Positions 25,586 to 34,183 of a DNA stretch of 39,201 bases are shown here, piece after piece; positions within the stretch are counted from its first letter, which is position 1, and every line of letters starts with the position of its first letter. Below the pieces are notes generated by a model. It was given only the letters and a program-made list of their open reading frames with translations. It had not been told where the DNA came from and made no database searches. Source of the DNA: Patescibacteria group bacterium (lineage in GTDB: Bacteria > Patescibacteriota > Patescibacteriia > PEXW01); contig JBAYJA010000003.1 of assembly GCA_041665345.1 (NCBI GenBank), positions 1 through 39,201 on the forward strand. The letters are read 5' to 3'. Both the position numbers and the translations under genes were made by a program.

Positions 25586-25646
25586 CTGGCGCTTGATTGC
25601 CAAAGGCGTGGCCGAAGTGTACGAACGAATGGTGGAGAAAAAATAA
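25576..25646 (+). pseudogene. relic 3'-end fragment of an SPS-like GT4 gene (duplicate of 23034-23098)
   Basis: CACCTGTAGCTGGCGCTTGATTGCCAAAGGCGTGGCCGAAGTGTACGAACGAATGGTGGAG...TAA is about 80% identical to the last about 65 nt of the GT4 at 21839..23098 (..SWRLIAKGVAEVYERLVK*). It would encode SWRLIAKGVAEVYERMVEKK*. The epimerase stop TAG lies inside it. Confidence 0.6.
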
Positions 25647-25657
25647 CTTTACCGGCG

Positions 25658-26731
25658 CTAGGTCTCCGTACGATCGGTTCGGATTTTTTGTATTCGCTCC
25701 GCCCGCTGCAGCACTTCCGCAGCGTAGCTAATACTCTCAGGACCAAGCCGATCACCTTTTTCAACGTAGATTGCTTTCAGGGCTCCATCTTCTCCCATGA
25801 CCCTACGGAAGCTACTCTTCCCAGGTTTTTCCGGGGCTGACGCATCAACCGCGGAAACAAGTTCTGACTTTGCGCCACCAACCACCACAGCTTGCAACTT
25901 CCCTGACCGCATGAGCATGTCGGTGTCATTCCCGCTGTCACCCGCCACCAAACCTTTTTCCACATTCGTAAGCTTCGCTACGTAGTCAACGGCTCCGGCT
26001 TTGGTTATGGGCAGAACGTCCAGGCAGTACTTTTTTCGTGGTTCACCCTCGTGCTCACGGTTGTAGCCAATTTCCTCGCAGGCCACCAGCTCCTGACCGG
26101 GAAAGGCTGTGGCCGCCTCTTGCATCACTCCCTCCACTCCTGCCGGTGCGTCAGCGAAAAAGTAAAAGCTGAGCTTGAATTCCTGCACCGCCTGGTTCAC
26201 CGCTTCGGGCTCCGGGTTAGCGAGGTACCGCCTTTCTGCCTCGGGTTTCTGGTATACGACCTCAGCAGCTTGGGCAGGTTGACTGACGAGAAAGGCACTG
26301 GCGGCAGCGGCAATTTCTGGCCGGTTGAAGTGCTTTTCTTCCAGCAGCATCTTCCGATACGCTTCATCTCTTCGGTACGTACCGTCGGGCTGCAGGACGT
26401 GGATTTCCGTTCCCACAGAACCAATGAGCACTGGGAATTTTGGCAACTCCCCAGCTGCCTGCCGCTTCTGAATACCAGCTAGGTCATTCCCGGTCACGGC
26501 AACCAGTGGATACTCCAGCTCCTCCGCCTTCGCAAAAAGCACTTCCGATTCCTGCTGCCGGTCTTTGCGGTGGAAGGTGTTATCAATGTCCGTAAACCCA
26601 ACAGTAAAGCCCTCACCCCGTTCAGCTTGCTTGGCTTTCATTGCTAGATACGGTGAATCTCGGTAAACCGCCAAAGCCTGCTCGAGTTCTGCATCTGGGT
26701 TGTACTGCTCTCTACCTTCAAATGACATCAC
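25658..26731 (-). CDS. HAD-IIB phosphatase, sucrose-phosphate-phosphatase (SPP)-like
   Basis: HAD motif I FTDIDNTF (DxDxT), motif II VAVTGN, motifs III/IV K...GDSGNDTDML characteristic of the SPP/S6PP family; 357 aa. Confidence 0.7.
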   Translation of the reverse strand: MMSFEGREQYNPDAELEQALAVYRDSPYLAMKAKQAERGEGFTVGFTDIDNTFHRKDRQQESEVLFAKAEELEYPLVAVTGNDLAGIQKRQAAGELPKFPVLIGSVGTEIHVLQPDGTYRRDEAYRKMLLEEKHFNRPEIAAAASAFLVSQPAQAAEVVYQKPEAERRYLANPEPEAVNQAVQEFKLSFYFFADAPAGVEGVMQEAATAFPGQELVACEEIGYNREHEGEPRKKYCLDVLPITKAGAVDYVAKLTNVEKGLVAGDSGNDTDMLMRSGKLQAVVVGGAKSELVSAVDASAPEKPGKSSFRRVMGEDGALKAIYVEKGDRLGPESISYAAEVLQRAERIQKIRTDRTET

Positions 26732-26785
26732 GATATGGTGTAAGTAAGGTATACTACCAGTACTCTACCACTTACCTTTGCCCGT

Positions 26786-27835
26786 ATGAAGAAGCTCCGG
26801 ATTGCGCAGCTGGTTCCGTTTGAAGAAACTGTCCCTCCCACCAAGTACGGCGGCACAGAGCTCGTCGCAGCAAACCTCTGCGATGGGTTGGTGAAACAAG
26901 GACATGACGTCACCCTCTTCTCCGTGGGCGGTTCCAAGACCAAGGCCAAGTTGGTGAAGATTTTTCCCGGCTCACTTCGCGCCATGACTGGCACCGACGT
27001 GAAGCAACGAGAATCTTTGAAGTACATGGGCGTGGGCAAGGTGCTCACCGCGGTGGCGGCTGGAAAATTCGACATTGTCCACAACCACATTGGCTGGCGC
27101 GTGCTGCCCTTCACCGGCATGATCCCCCACCCTGTGGTCACCACGCTCCACGGACCCTTGGACATTGGCTACCAGCAAATGGTGTACAAGCCCTACAGCC
27201 ACACCCCGTTCGTTTCCATATCCAACAACCAGCGCAAACCCCTGAAGCTCAACTACGCGGCCACCGTGTACAACGGTATTCATGTGGAAAAGTTTGCCTA
27301 CCTGGAGAAGAAGGATGACTACCTGGCGTTTTTGGGCCGCATGAGCCCAGAGAAAGGTCCGGTGCAGGCCATCCAGGTGGCAAGGAAAACTAAACGTCGT
27401 TTGATAATGGCCGCGAAAGTGGATGCGGTGGATGTGAAGTTCTTCACCGAGAAGGTGAAACCGCTCATTGACGGCAAGCAAATCAAATTCTTGGGTGAAG
27501 TGGATCACGTTGGAAAATCCAAACTCCTGTCCCGCGCTGCAGGCTTGCTGGCGCTCATCCAGTGGGAAGAGCCCTTTGGCCTCTTCATGGCAGAGGCTAA
27601 TGCCTGCGGCACGCCGGTCATTGCCATGGCACGGGGAGCCGCGCCTGAGGTGATTGCCCACAAGCAGACTGGCTTCCTGGTGCACTCCAATGACGAAGCG
27701 GCGCGCATGGTGAGCAAGCTGGGAACAATTAGACCCGCGGCCTGCCGAAAACGAGCGGAGCAGTACTTTTCCGTGGAAGCAATGGTCGCTGGGTACCTGG
27801 CGGTGTACCAAAAGCTCATCCGGCAGTGGCGGTAA
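26786..27835 (+). CDS. GT4 glycosyltransferase (small, ~350 aa), paralog a
   Basis: N-terminal KKLRIAQLVPFEETVPPTKYGGTELVAANL..GH.VTLF; C-terminal GT-B motif WEEPFGLFMAEANACGTPVIA (E-x7-E). Paralogous to 28827..29885 and 29882..30922. Confidence 0.8.
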   Translation: MKKLRIAQLVPFEETVPPTKYGGTELVAANLCDGLVKQGHDVTLFSVGGSKTKAKLVKIFPGSLRAMTGTDVKQRESLKYMGVGKVLTAVAAGKFDIVHNHIGWRVLPFTGMIPHPVVTTLHGPLDIGYQQMVYKPYSHTPFVSISNNQRKPLKLNYAATVYNGIHVEKFAYLEKKDDYLAFLGRMSPEKGPVQAIQVARKTKRRLIMAAKVDAVDVKFFTEKVKPLIDGKQIKFLGEVDHVGKSKLLSRAAGLLALIQWEEPFGLFMAEANACGTPVIAMARGAAPEVIAHKQTGFLVHSNDEAARMVSKLGTIRPAACRKRAEQYFSVEAMVAGYLAVYQKLIRQWR

Positions 27836-28830
27836 ATCCACATATGACTCGGACCGCCCTCCTGAAGCACGTTCGCGGCCTCCTGCAGAAACGCGGGTTA
27901 ACCCCAGATGCCGATGTGAAAGAAATGCTCAACCACCAGCGACGGTTTTTTCGTACGCGCTGCGTGGATGCAAAGGGCCGGGCCTACACCTTCAAGGTGT
28001 ACCTCATGCGCGTGCCAACCACGCGGCACGACTTCCAGCACGAAATTGCTTTCTACCACTTCACGGCCAAAGCGCGGCTGAACCAATTTCCTCGCTGGGT
28101 GGAAGGAAATCGAACCGGAGCACACCCCTGGATTCTCTACCACTACATACCCGGCGAGCTCTTCACGGCGTACCTCCGCAAACATCGGAACCACGTTCCA
28201 CCAAAGCTCATCGCCAACCTCAGCCACATGCTGGCACACTACGGCCAGCTGCCCATTCCTCTGGCTACACGCCGGCTCCTCCACCTCCAAGCACACCGCG
28301 CCAGTGACTTTACTGCCCGCTTTCGAACCTACGCTCGGGGGAAAAACGGCCAGACACTTCGGACGTACCTCAGTGATGCTGAGCTTGAAGTTGCTGCACG
28401 CATTGTGGCGTTCCACCAGCTCGAACGGCATACCCGGCACCAATTAGGCATTAGCCACGGCGACTTAAGTACAAATAACCTCCTCGTGGATCAGGGACGC
28501 TTTGCGGTACTAGACTGGGAGCATATTCAAATTGCCTCCCCGGCGTACGACGTGGCGGAACTCTGGGTCAAAGAATTCAGCCGCGCACCCTGGCGGAACC
28601 GGCTGGTAAAAAAAGTTGCTGACCTGCAGCCAGACCACGCTGCCTTTAGCGCGCTCTTCGCCATTGAGGTACTACTTTTCTGCCTCCGGGATATTCTCCT
28701 CCACCACCGCATCCTCTCGGAGCTGCACCACACCAAGAATAAAGTGATTGTCCGTAAACTCTTACGCTACTACGTTCGCACATTCCGCGCCGGGCTGCAT
28801 GGCTTTTCCTCGCTTATGAAAAATGCATGA
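27826..28830 (+). CDS. APH/choline-kinase-family phosphotransferase (putative sugar or small-molecule kinase)
   Basis: Brenner catalytic motif ISHGDLSTNNLLVD and downstream LDWEH (DxE metal-binding). 334 aa; overlaps the upstream GT4 stop by 10 nt and the downstream GT4 start by 4 nt. Confidence 0.65.
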   Translation: MAVNPHMTRTALLKHVRGLLQKRGLTPDADVKEMLNHQRRFFRTRCVDAKGRAYTFKVYLMRVPTTRHDFQHEIAFYHFTAKARLNQFPRWVEGNRTGAHPWILYHYIPGELFTAYLRKHRNHVPPKLIANLSHMLAHYGQLPIPLATRRLLHLQAHRASDFTARFRTYARGKNGQTLRTYLSDAELEVAARIVAFHQLERHTRHQLGISHGDLSTNNLLVDQGRFAVLDWEHIQIASPAYDVAELWVKEFSRAPWRNRLVKKVADLQPDHAAFSALFAIEVLLFCLRDILLHHRILSELHHTKNKVIVRKLLRYYVRTFRAGLHGFSSLMKNA

Positions 28831-29885
28831 ACAAATCTCGCAGACTCCGCATTGCCCAAGTTGCTCCCCTGGCTGAACGCGTTCCACCCCGCAAGTACGG
28901 CGGTACCGAATTGGTCATTGCAAATTTGGTGCAAGGCTTGGTCAAGCGCGGACACAGCGTGACACTCTTCGCGCGGTCCGATTCCGACACGCCTGCAAAG
29001 CTGGTTCCCGCCTACCACCCTGACCCGCGCGCGACCAACCGCAGCCGTATTCGGGGCTACAGCGTACCAGCCTTTTGGCAAATGCTGCAGTACGGCCATG
29101 TCTTTGAGCACGCCAACGATTTTGACATCATCCACATGCACGTGGGATCGAGTAGCTTCCCTTACACCCGGCTGGTACAAACGCCGTGCGTGCTCACGCT
29201 GCATGGCCGTTTGAACACGAGTGAAGCGAAAATTGTGCACCAAGCCTACCCAGAAATTCCCCTGGTCTCCATTTCTAACAACCAGCGTGAACCGCTCCCC
29301 AAACTGAACTTCATTCGCACCGTGTACAATGGCATTGACGTTGCCAAATTCCGCTACAACGACCGCCCCAAAAAGTACCTAGCATTCCTGGGTCGGATGA
29401 GCCCAGAGAAGGGCCCAGTAGAAGCAATGCAGGCGGCAAAGAAAGCGGGCTTACCTTTGGTCATGGCCGCAAAAGTGGACACCGTGGATGAAGCGTACTT
29501 CATGAAGAAAGTCCGACCGTTCATTGATGGGAAGCGGGTGATCTTCCTTGGTGAAGTAAACCATGCAAAAAAGGTGGATCTCCTCCGTAATGCCTTGGGT
29601 TTGCTGGCGCTCATCCAGTGGGAAGAACCTTTTGGCTTGTTCATGACCGAAGCCATGGCCTGCGGCACACCAGTGATTGCCACCCGCCGGGGCGCCGTGC
29701 CAGAAATTGTGGTGGATGGGAAAACGGGGTTCATTGTTGCCTCCGTTGCCGGGGCAGCTAAGGCAATTGCCAAGCTGCAGACCATTGATCGTGCGGCCTG
29801 CCGGGCACGAGTGGAAAAAGGCTTCTCCCTTGATACAATGGTAGATGGGTACCTCGCGGCCTATGCCAAACTCCTGAAAAAATGA
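28827..29885 (+). CDS. GT4 glycosyltransferase (small), paralog b
   Basis: RLRIAQVAPLAERVPPRKYGGTELVIANL...GHSVTLF; WEEPFGLFMTEAMACGTPVIA; closely related to 26786..27835 (same blocks throughout). Confidence 0.8.
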   Translation: MNKSRRLRIAQVAPLAERVPPRKYGGTELVIANLVQGLVKRGHSVTLFARSDSDTPAKLVPAYHPDPRATNRSRIRGYSVPAFWQMLQYGHVFEHANDFDIIHMHVGSSSFPYTRLVQTPCVLTLHGRLNTSEAKIVHQAYPEIPLVSISNNQREPLPKLNFIRTVYNGIDVAKFRYNDRPKKYLAFLGRMSPEKGPVEAMQAAKKAGLPLVMAAKVDTVDEAYFMKKVRPFIDGKRVIFLGEVNHAKKVDLLRNALGLLALIQWEEPFGLFMTEAMACGTPVIATRRGAVPEIVVDGKTGFIVASVAGAAKAIAKLQTIDRAACRARVEKGFSLDTMVDGYLAAYAKLLKK

Positions 29886-30922
29886 AGAAACCAAAGATAG
29901 CTATCCTCGCCTCCAACCTCTTCCCCATTCCGCCGCAGCGTACGGCCGCGGCTGAGCTTATTGTCTCCCAAATTACCGAAGGGCTTGTGAAACGTGGCTT
30001 TCCGGTGACGCTCTACGCTGCCGGTGATACCAAAACCAAAGCGCGCTTGGTTGCCGCCACCCCCCGCGCCTCCATCCGTGAGCCCAAGATTGGCATGGAA
30101 AACCACAAGGCCTACGAGCTCATCCAAACCAGCAATGCCTACCGAGATGCCACGCGCTGGGGCGCCAACGTCCTGCTCTCCCACGTGCCCATGATGAGCG
30201 CGCACTTCTCCCCGTTCGCCCCTTTTCCATCCACTGCGCTCCTGCACAGTCCGCCAACTTTCACGGACCAAGCGGTCATGCGAACCTACAGCAAGACGCA
30301 GAGCTACATTGCCATTTCCAAAGCGCAGCGCAACTTGGCGCCTGGCGCACGTTTCATTCAGACCATTCAGCACGGCGTGGATCTACACAAACTCCCCTTC
30401 CACCCCAAGCCCGGCACGTACCTGGCCTTCCTGGGTCGCATCCGCAACTACAAAGGCGTACATGAGGCTATTACCGTGGCGCATCGGCTCAACCTACCTT
30501 TACGCATTGCCGGCCCCATTGGCGACCCCGTGTACTTTGCCCAACAAGTGAAGCCCTACCTCAACAGCCGCATCCGGTACATTGGTGAAATTACCCACCG
30601 AGAGAAAGGCGCCTTCTTGGGCAATGCCCTGGCCACACTCTTCCCCATTTCGTGGGATGAACCCTTTGGCTTGGTGCTCATTGAATCATTGGCCGTGGGC
30701 ACACCCGTGGTGGCATTCAAGCGTGGCTCGGTCCCAGAAATTCTCAAGGATGGGAAAACTGGTTTCATTGTCAAAAATACTGCAGCCATGGCGCAAGCAG
30801 TCCGGCACATCGACGCAATTGACCGAGCGGTCTGCCGCAAAGACATGGAAAAACGTTTCAGCCTTGACCGCATGGTGGATGACTATGCTGCTTTACTTAC
30901 ACGTCTAGCCGCCGGTAAGTAG
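29882..30922 (+). CDS. GT4 glycosyltransferase (small), paralog c (more divergent)
   Basis: KIAILASNLFPIPPQRTAAAELIVSQITEGLVKRGFPVTLYA; WDEPFGLVLIESLAVGTPVVA; start overlaps the upstream stop (ATGA). Confidence 0.75.
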   Translation: MKKPKIAILASNLFPIPPQRTAAAELIVSQITEGLVKRGFPVTLYAAGDTKTKARLVAATPRASIREPKIGMENHKAYELIQTSNAYRDATRWGANVLLSHVPMMSAHFSPFAPFPSTALLHSPPTFTDQAVMRTYSKTQSYIAISKAQRNLAPGARFIQTIQHGVDLHKLPFHPKPGTYLAFLGRIRNYKGVHEAITVAHRLNLPLRIAGPIGDPVYFAQQVKPYLNSRIRYIGEITHREKGAFLGNALATLFPISWDEPFGLVLIESLAVGTPVVAFKRGSVPEILKDGKTGFIVKNTAAMAQAVRHIDAIDRAVCRKDMEKRFSLDRMVDDYAALLTRLAAGK

Positions 30923-31034
30923 AACAAGGAACTCGGAACCGAGAACAGAGAACCAGAATGGGAAAAAGCAGGAGTGAACCTCCCCTCTGGTTCCAAGTTC
31001 ATTGTTCTCAGTTCAAAGTTCCCTTCCAAAGTAG

Positions 31035-31097
31035 CCATCCAACCATACCTTTCAACGATACTCGCTGCCACAACCAAACCCTCACCCCTTTGCAACT
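31035..31097 (+). promoter_or_regulatory. conserved C-rich upstream element, copy C (core only)
   Basis: CCATCCAACCATACCTTTCAACGATACTCGCTGCCACAACCAAACCCTCACCCCTTTGCAACT|ATG. Shares the ATACTCGCTGCCACA(C/A)CCAAACC(C/T)TC(T/C/A)ACC core with copies A and B but lacks the CCAATACGGTATACT proximal module; no SD. Confidence 0.5.
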
Positions 31098-32030
31098 ATG
31101 CCTGTCCGCTCACCTGAACTTCGGCTTGACCCCATCCACGATCGGGCAGTGGTCATTGCGCCAAAGCGGAACATCCGTCCGCACGATATTCCAGACCCCT
31201 ACGTCCGAACGGTTCGGCCGCAGCAGTGCCCATTTTGCCCAGAAAGCATTAAGGGGAAACACCCCACAGCGCACCTTGGCCGGGGAAAAAATCTGATTCG
31301 CGCCATTGCCAATGACTACCCAGCCGTGAGTTTGAAGACTCCCAAAGCCTACGGCTACCAGGAAGTCATCATTGACACCCCGGATCATGACGCGGACTTG
31401 GGCGAGCTGAGCGTGACGCAGCTTGATCACTTACTGAGTTTCTACCAGCTACGAACAAAAGCAATTGCCCGGATTCCCAACATTGAGTACATTCTCATTT
31501 TCAAAAATCACGGAGGCAAATCCGGCGCCAGCTTGGTGCACGCCCACTCGCAGGTGTTTGCCACGGGCTTTGTGCCGCCGCACATTGTGCTCAAACTCCA
31601 GAACGTTCGGCAATACAAGCTGGAGCACGGCCACTGCTACTACTGCAAGCTTCTGGCTGATGAGAAGAAGGGTCCCCGCCGCATTCTCAGCAACAAGTAC
31701 GTTACGGCGTTCGCGCCCTACGCCTCAGCCTACCCGTACGAAGTCTGGCTCTTCCCCAACCGGCACCTGGATAACTGTACTCGCCTGAGCTTGGTGGAGC
31801 GTCGGGCGTTTGCCGCTGCACTCCAATCGATCCTCAAGAAGCTCAACCTCATCCGCGCGTCGTACAACTACTACCTCCACCAGACCCTTACTGACCAGGA
31901 CGAACACTTCTACCTGCGCATCGCCCCGCGCGAGCAAACCTGGGGCGGGGTAGAAGTCGGCTCCCGTCTGGTCATCAACGGCGTGGCCCCTGAGGACGCG
32001 GCGAAGTTTTTCCGGAAAGGAATCCGCTAG
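31098..32030 (+). CDS. GalT-branch HIT-superfamily nucleotidyltransferase (galactose-1-phosphate uridylyltransferase / NDP-sugar phosphorylase-like)
   Basis: Zn-knuckle CPFCPE near the N-terminus and active-site HxHxQ (LVHAHSQVFA), typical of GalT (HPHGQ) and ADP-glucose phosphorylase relatives; 310 aa. Confidence 0.7.
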   Translation: MPVRSPELRLDPIHDRAVVIAPKRNIRPHDIPDPYVRTVRPQQCPFCPESIKGKHPTAHLGRGKNLIRAIANDYPAVSLKTPKAYGYQEVIIDTPDHDADLGELSVTQLDHLLSFYQLRTKAIARIPNIEYILIFKNHGGKSGASLVHAHSQVFATGFVPPHIVLKLQNVRQYKLEHGHCYYCKLLADEKKGPRRILSNKYVTAFAPYASAYPYEVWLFPNRHLDNCTRLSLVERRAFAAALQSILKKLNLIRASYNYYLHQTLTDQDEHFYLRIAPREQTWGGVEVGSRLVINGVAPEDAAKFFRKGIR

Positions 32031-33949
32031 CTGTTCCAGACGATACGATACTCACCAAACGTGTGTACGTTTTTGTACTTGATATCGGGAGTTGGCGGGG
32101 CATCATCACGGAAAATCACGTAGTACCCTTGGGTCAAAAGGTCATTGAGAAATGCTGCGGTTTGTGATTGGAAAAGCCACGTCTCAAATGGCTGACGATA
32201 GCCAACGGGTGTGTACCCGCCAAAGTAGTACAGGTAAAAATCAATGTCGGGGACGGCAAAGTACACCTTGGTACTCATTTGCGTTACCGCTTGAATCGTT
32301 TGGAGGGTGTCAGCGTACGTCTTTGGGTCAGCAAAACTACTTGGCTGATGTATTTGCCCAGTGCGAAGACGCTGTACTTGCATGCCAAGAGTACTCACCA
32401 CCCTGTTTGAGTAAGAAACAAAGAACAGGCAAACGATAGTAGCCAGACCGGCGAGCGCAAACTTTCGGAATGAGTGACCCGCCCGCCCTGCTTTCAGCTG
32501 GTACATCAAATCTATGAAATAGAAGAGCCCAAAAAGAAAAATGGTCGAAATGCTAATGATGCTATTTTCGTGACTCCGACCAAAGAAGTACATTGAGTTA
32601 CCAATGGAGAACACAAGGAGAAAAACACCTAGGGTATACGCACGTGAACTGAAGCGGTGACGATATTTGAGCAGGAAGATCCAGGCAAGGCTGAGGCAAA
32701 TGATGACGAACCAATAGAATGACTGGCGTGAAATTGGCATAAAACCAATCCCATAGCGTGAAAAATTTGTTTCAGGCCCATCTTTCGGAACCCGGAGAGC
32801 AAAGAAGCTTATAGCGGTTCCCATTCCAATAATGGTTACGTTAACCCAGATTGAACGGATAAATGTACGTGCTGCAAAAAGTATTTTTTTGGGCGATCGA
32901 ATGATCCCCTGATCAACGACCTGAAGTGCAAAGAGAATGAAAGCCAGCTCAAAAAATGAAATGGCATAAATGAGGCCAAAATGTCTGTGGAGAAATACCA
33001 GGACGACTACGGTGAGGCCAAAAAGCCAATGACGTAGGCCCTTAAAGTACAAAATGATCAACAGTACAAACCACAAGTCCAAGCGCAAGGGGGTTGTCTG
33101 TAGCCACTGCACTGGATCAACCATTGAAGCGTACACGCGAATAATAATGTAAGAAAAAAAGAATCCATAGGCTAAACTCTTTTCTCGGAATACTTTTTTC
33201 CCAAAGATGAGCAGGCCAACTGCAAAGAAAAAGTAGGAGGCCTGCACTACCCAAGCAAAGGCATTGATATCCCAGTGGAATTGTAGCCAAATTGCAGGAA
33301 GGAATGACGAGAGAATATCGTACTGAAAGTAAATTTGTGACCAAGGAATGCTGTGCAAAATCTTCAAGGCTGGATGAAAAAAATAGGCGTAATCGTAAAA
33401 TGAAATTGGGGCGGTGGCAACAAAAAAGAGTGGCGCACTCGCAAGCACAACCAACCAGAAAAACCAACGCGCGCTAGCATATCGCCAAGCGGCAGCAGCA
33501 GCTCCAGCCACAAGGCTTAGGTGGAAGAGCAGCTGCCACGAGTATCGAAAATCGACATTGACGTTTGGCACGAGTGGATTGATTCGAAAAAGTGCAACGA
33601 ATGCAGCACAAAGAAGTAGCCATGCAGACCATGGGCGGCGCTGCCAACCCAGCCCACTGAAAAAACGCGTGTACAGGACGCCACACAAGAAAACAATCAA
33701 CCATACAAGGGCGTAAAGGACGAATGGCTCATAGCCATCATGCTGCGTCGAGCGAGTCCAGAGTTTCATCCAGAGCGTGACATCCGCTACCTGGGAGAGA
33801 TCATGGAACTGCCAGATGAACGGAGCAAAAGAAAAAAACACTTGGTGAGCACCGAAAACAATGAGCGTAGAGAGGACAAAATATTGTACAAATCGATTCT
33901 GCGGAACACGGGTGTATACATCCGTCAAAACTTCCTTCCAGGTTTTCAT
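32027..33949 (-). CDS. large polytopic membrane protein (640 aa) with C-terminal soluble domain; function unknown (GT-C-like architecture)
   Basis: About 14 hydrophobic helices and a ~150-aa soluble C-terminal domain. Markedly A/T-rich coding sequence relative to neighbours; convergent 4-nt overlap with the GalT-like gene. Confidence 0.55.
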   Translation of the reverse strand: MKTWKEVLTDVYTRVPQNRFVQYFVLSTLIVFGAHQVFFSFAPFIWQFHDLSQVADVTLWMKLWTRSTQHDGYEPFVLYALVWLIVFLCGVLYTRFFSGLGWQRRPWSAWLLLCAAFVALFRINPLVPNVNVDFRYSWQLLFHLSLVAGAAAAAWRYASARWFFWLVVLASAPLFFVATAPISFYDYAYFFHPALKILHSIPWSQIYFQYDILSSFLPAIWLQFHWDINAFAWVVQASYFFFAVGLLIFGKKVFREKSLAYGFFFSYIIIRVYASMVDPVQWLQTTPLRLDLWFVLLIILYFKGLRHWLFGLTVVVLVFLHRHFGLIYAISFFELAFILFALQVVDQGIIRSPKKILFAARTFIRSIWVNVTIIGMGTAISFFALRVPKDGPETNFSRYGIGFMPISRQSFYWFVIICLSLAWIFLLKYRHRFSSRAYTLGVFLLVFSIGNSMYFFGRSHENSIISISTIFLFGLFYFIDLMYQLKAGRAGHSFRKFALAGLATIVCLFFVSYSNRVVSTLGMQVQRLRTGQIHQPSSFADPKTYADTLQTIQAVTQMSTKVYFAVPDIDFYLYYFGGYTPVGYRQPFETWLFQSQTAAFLNDLLTQGYYVIFRDDAPPTPDIKYKNVHTFGEYRIVWNS

Positions 33950-34183
33950 AAAATTTACTTATTGAGTACATCATGATACTACCTACTGATAGTTTACACT
34001 AAGTTCATACTTGCTAAATTGGAGCCGCCCACCAACAAGGGCAGATGTATACCATTGAATCGTTACCAGAAAAGCAAATGTTAGCCAAAAAGCATCCTAC
34101 TCAATCAGGGCTACAAAATTTAGTGGGTATTTGCCTACAGCTTTACGGCTTATAGCCTTTGGCGTCCTTGCTATACTACCCCC

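Noticed and set aside
25684-25690. T6 run after a weak hairpin as a terminator for the epimerase
   Set aside because: The run lies inside the convergent HAD-phosphatase coding sequence and the stem is weak; not reported as a feature.
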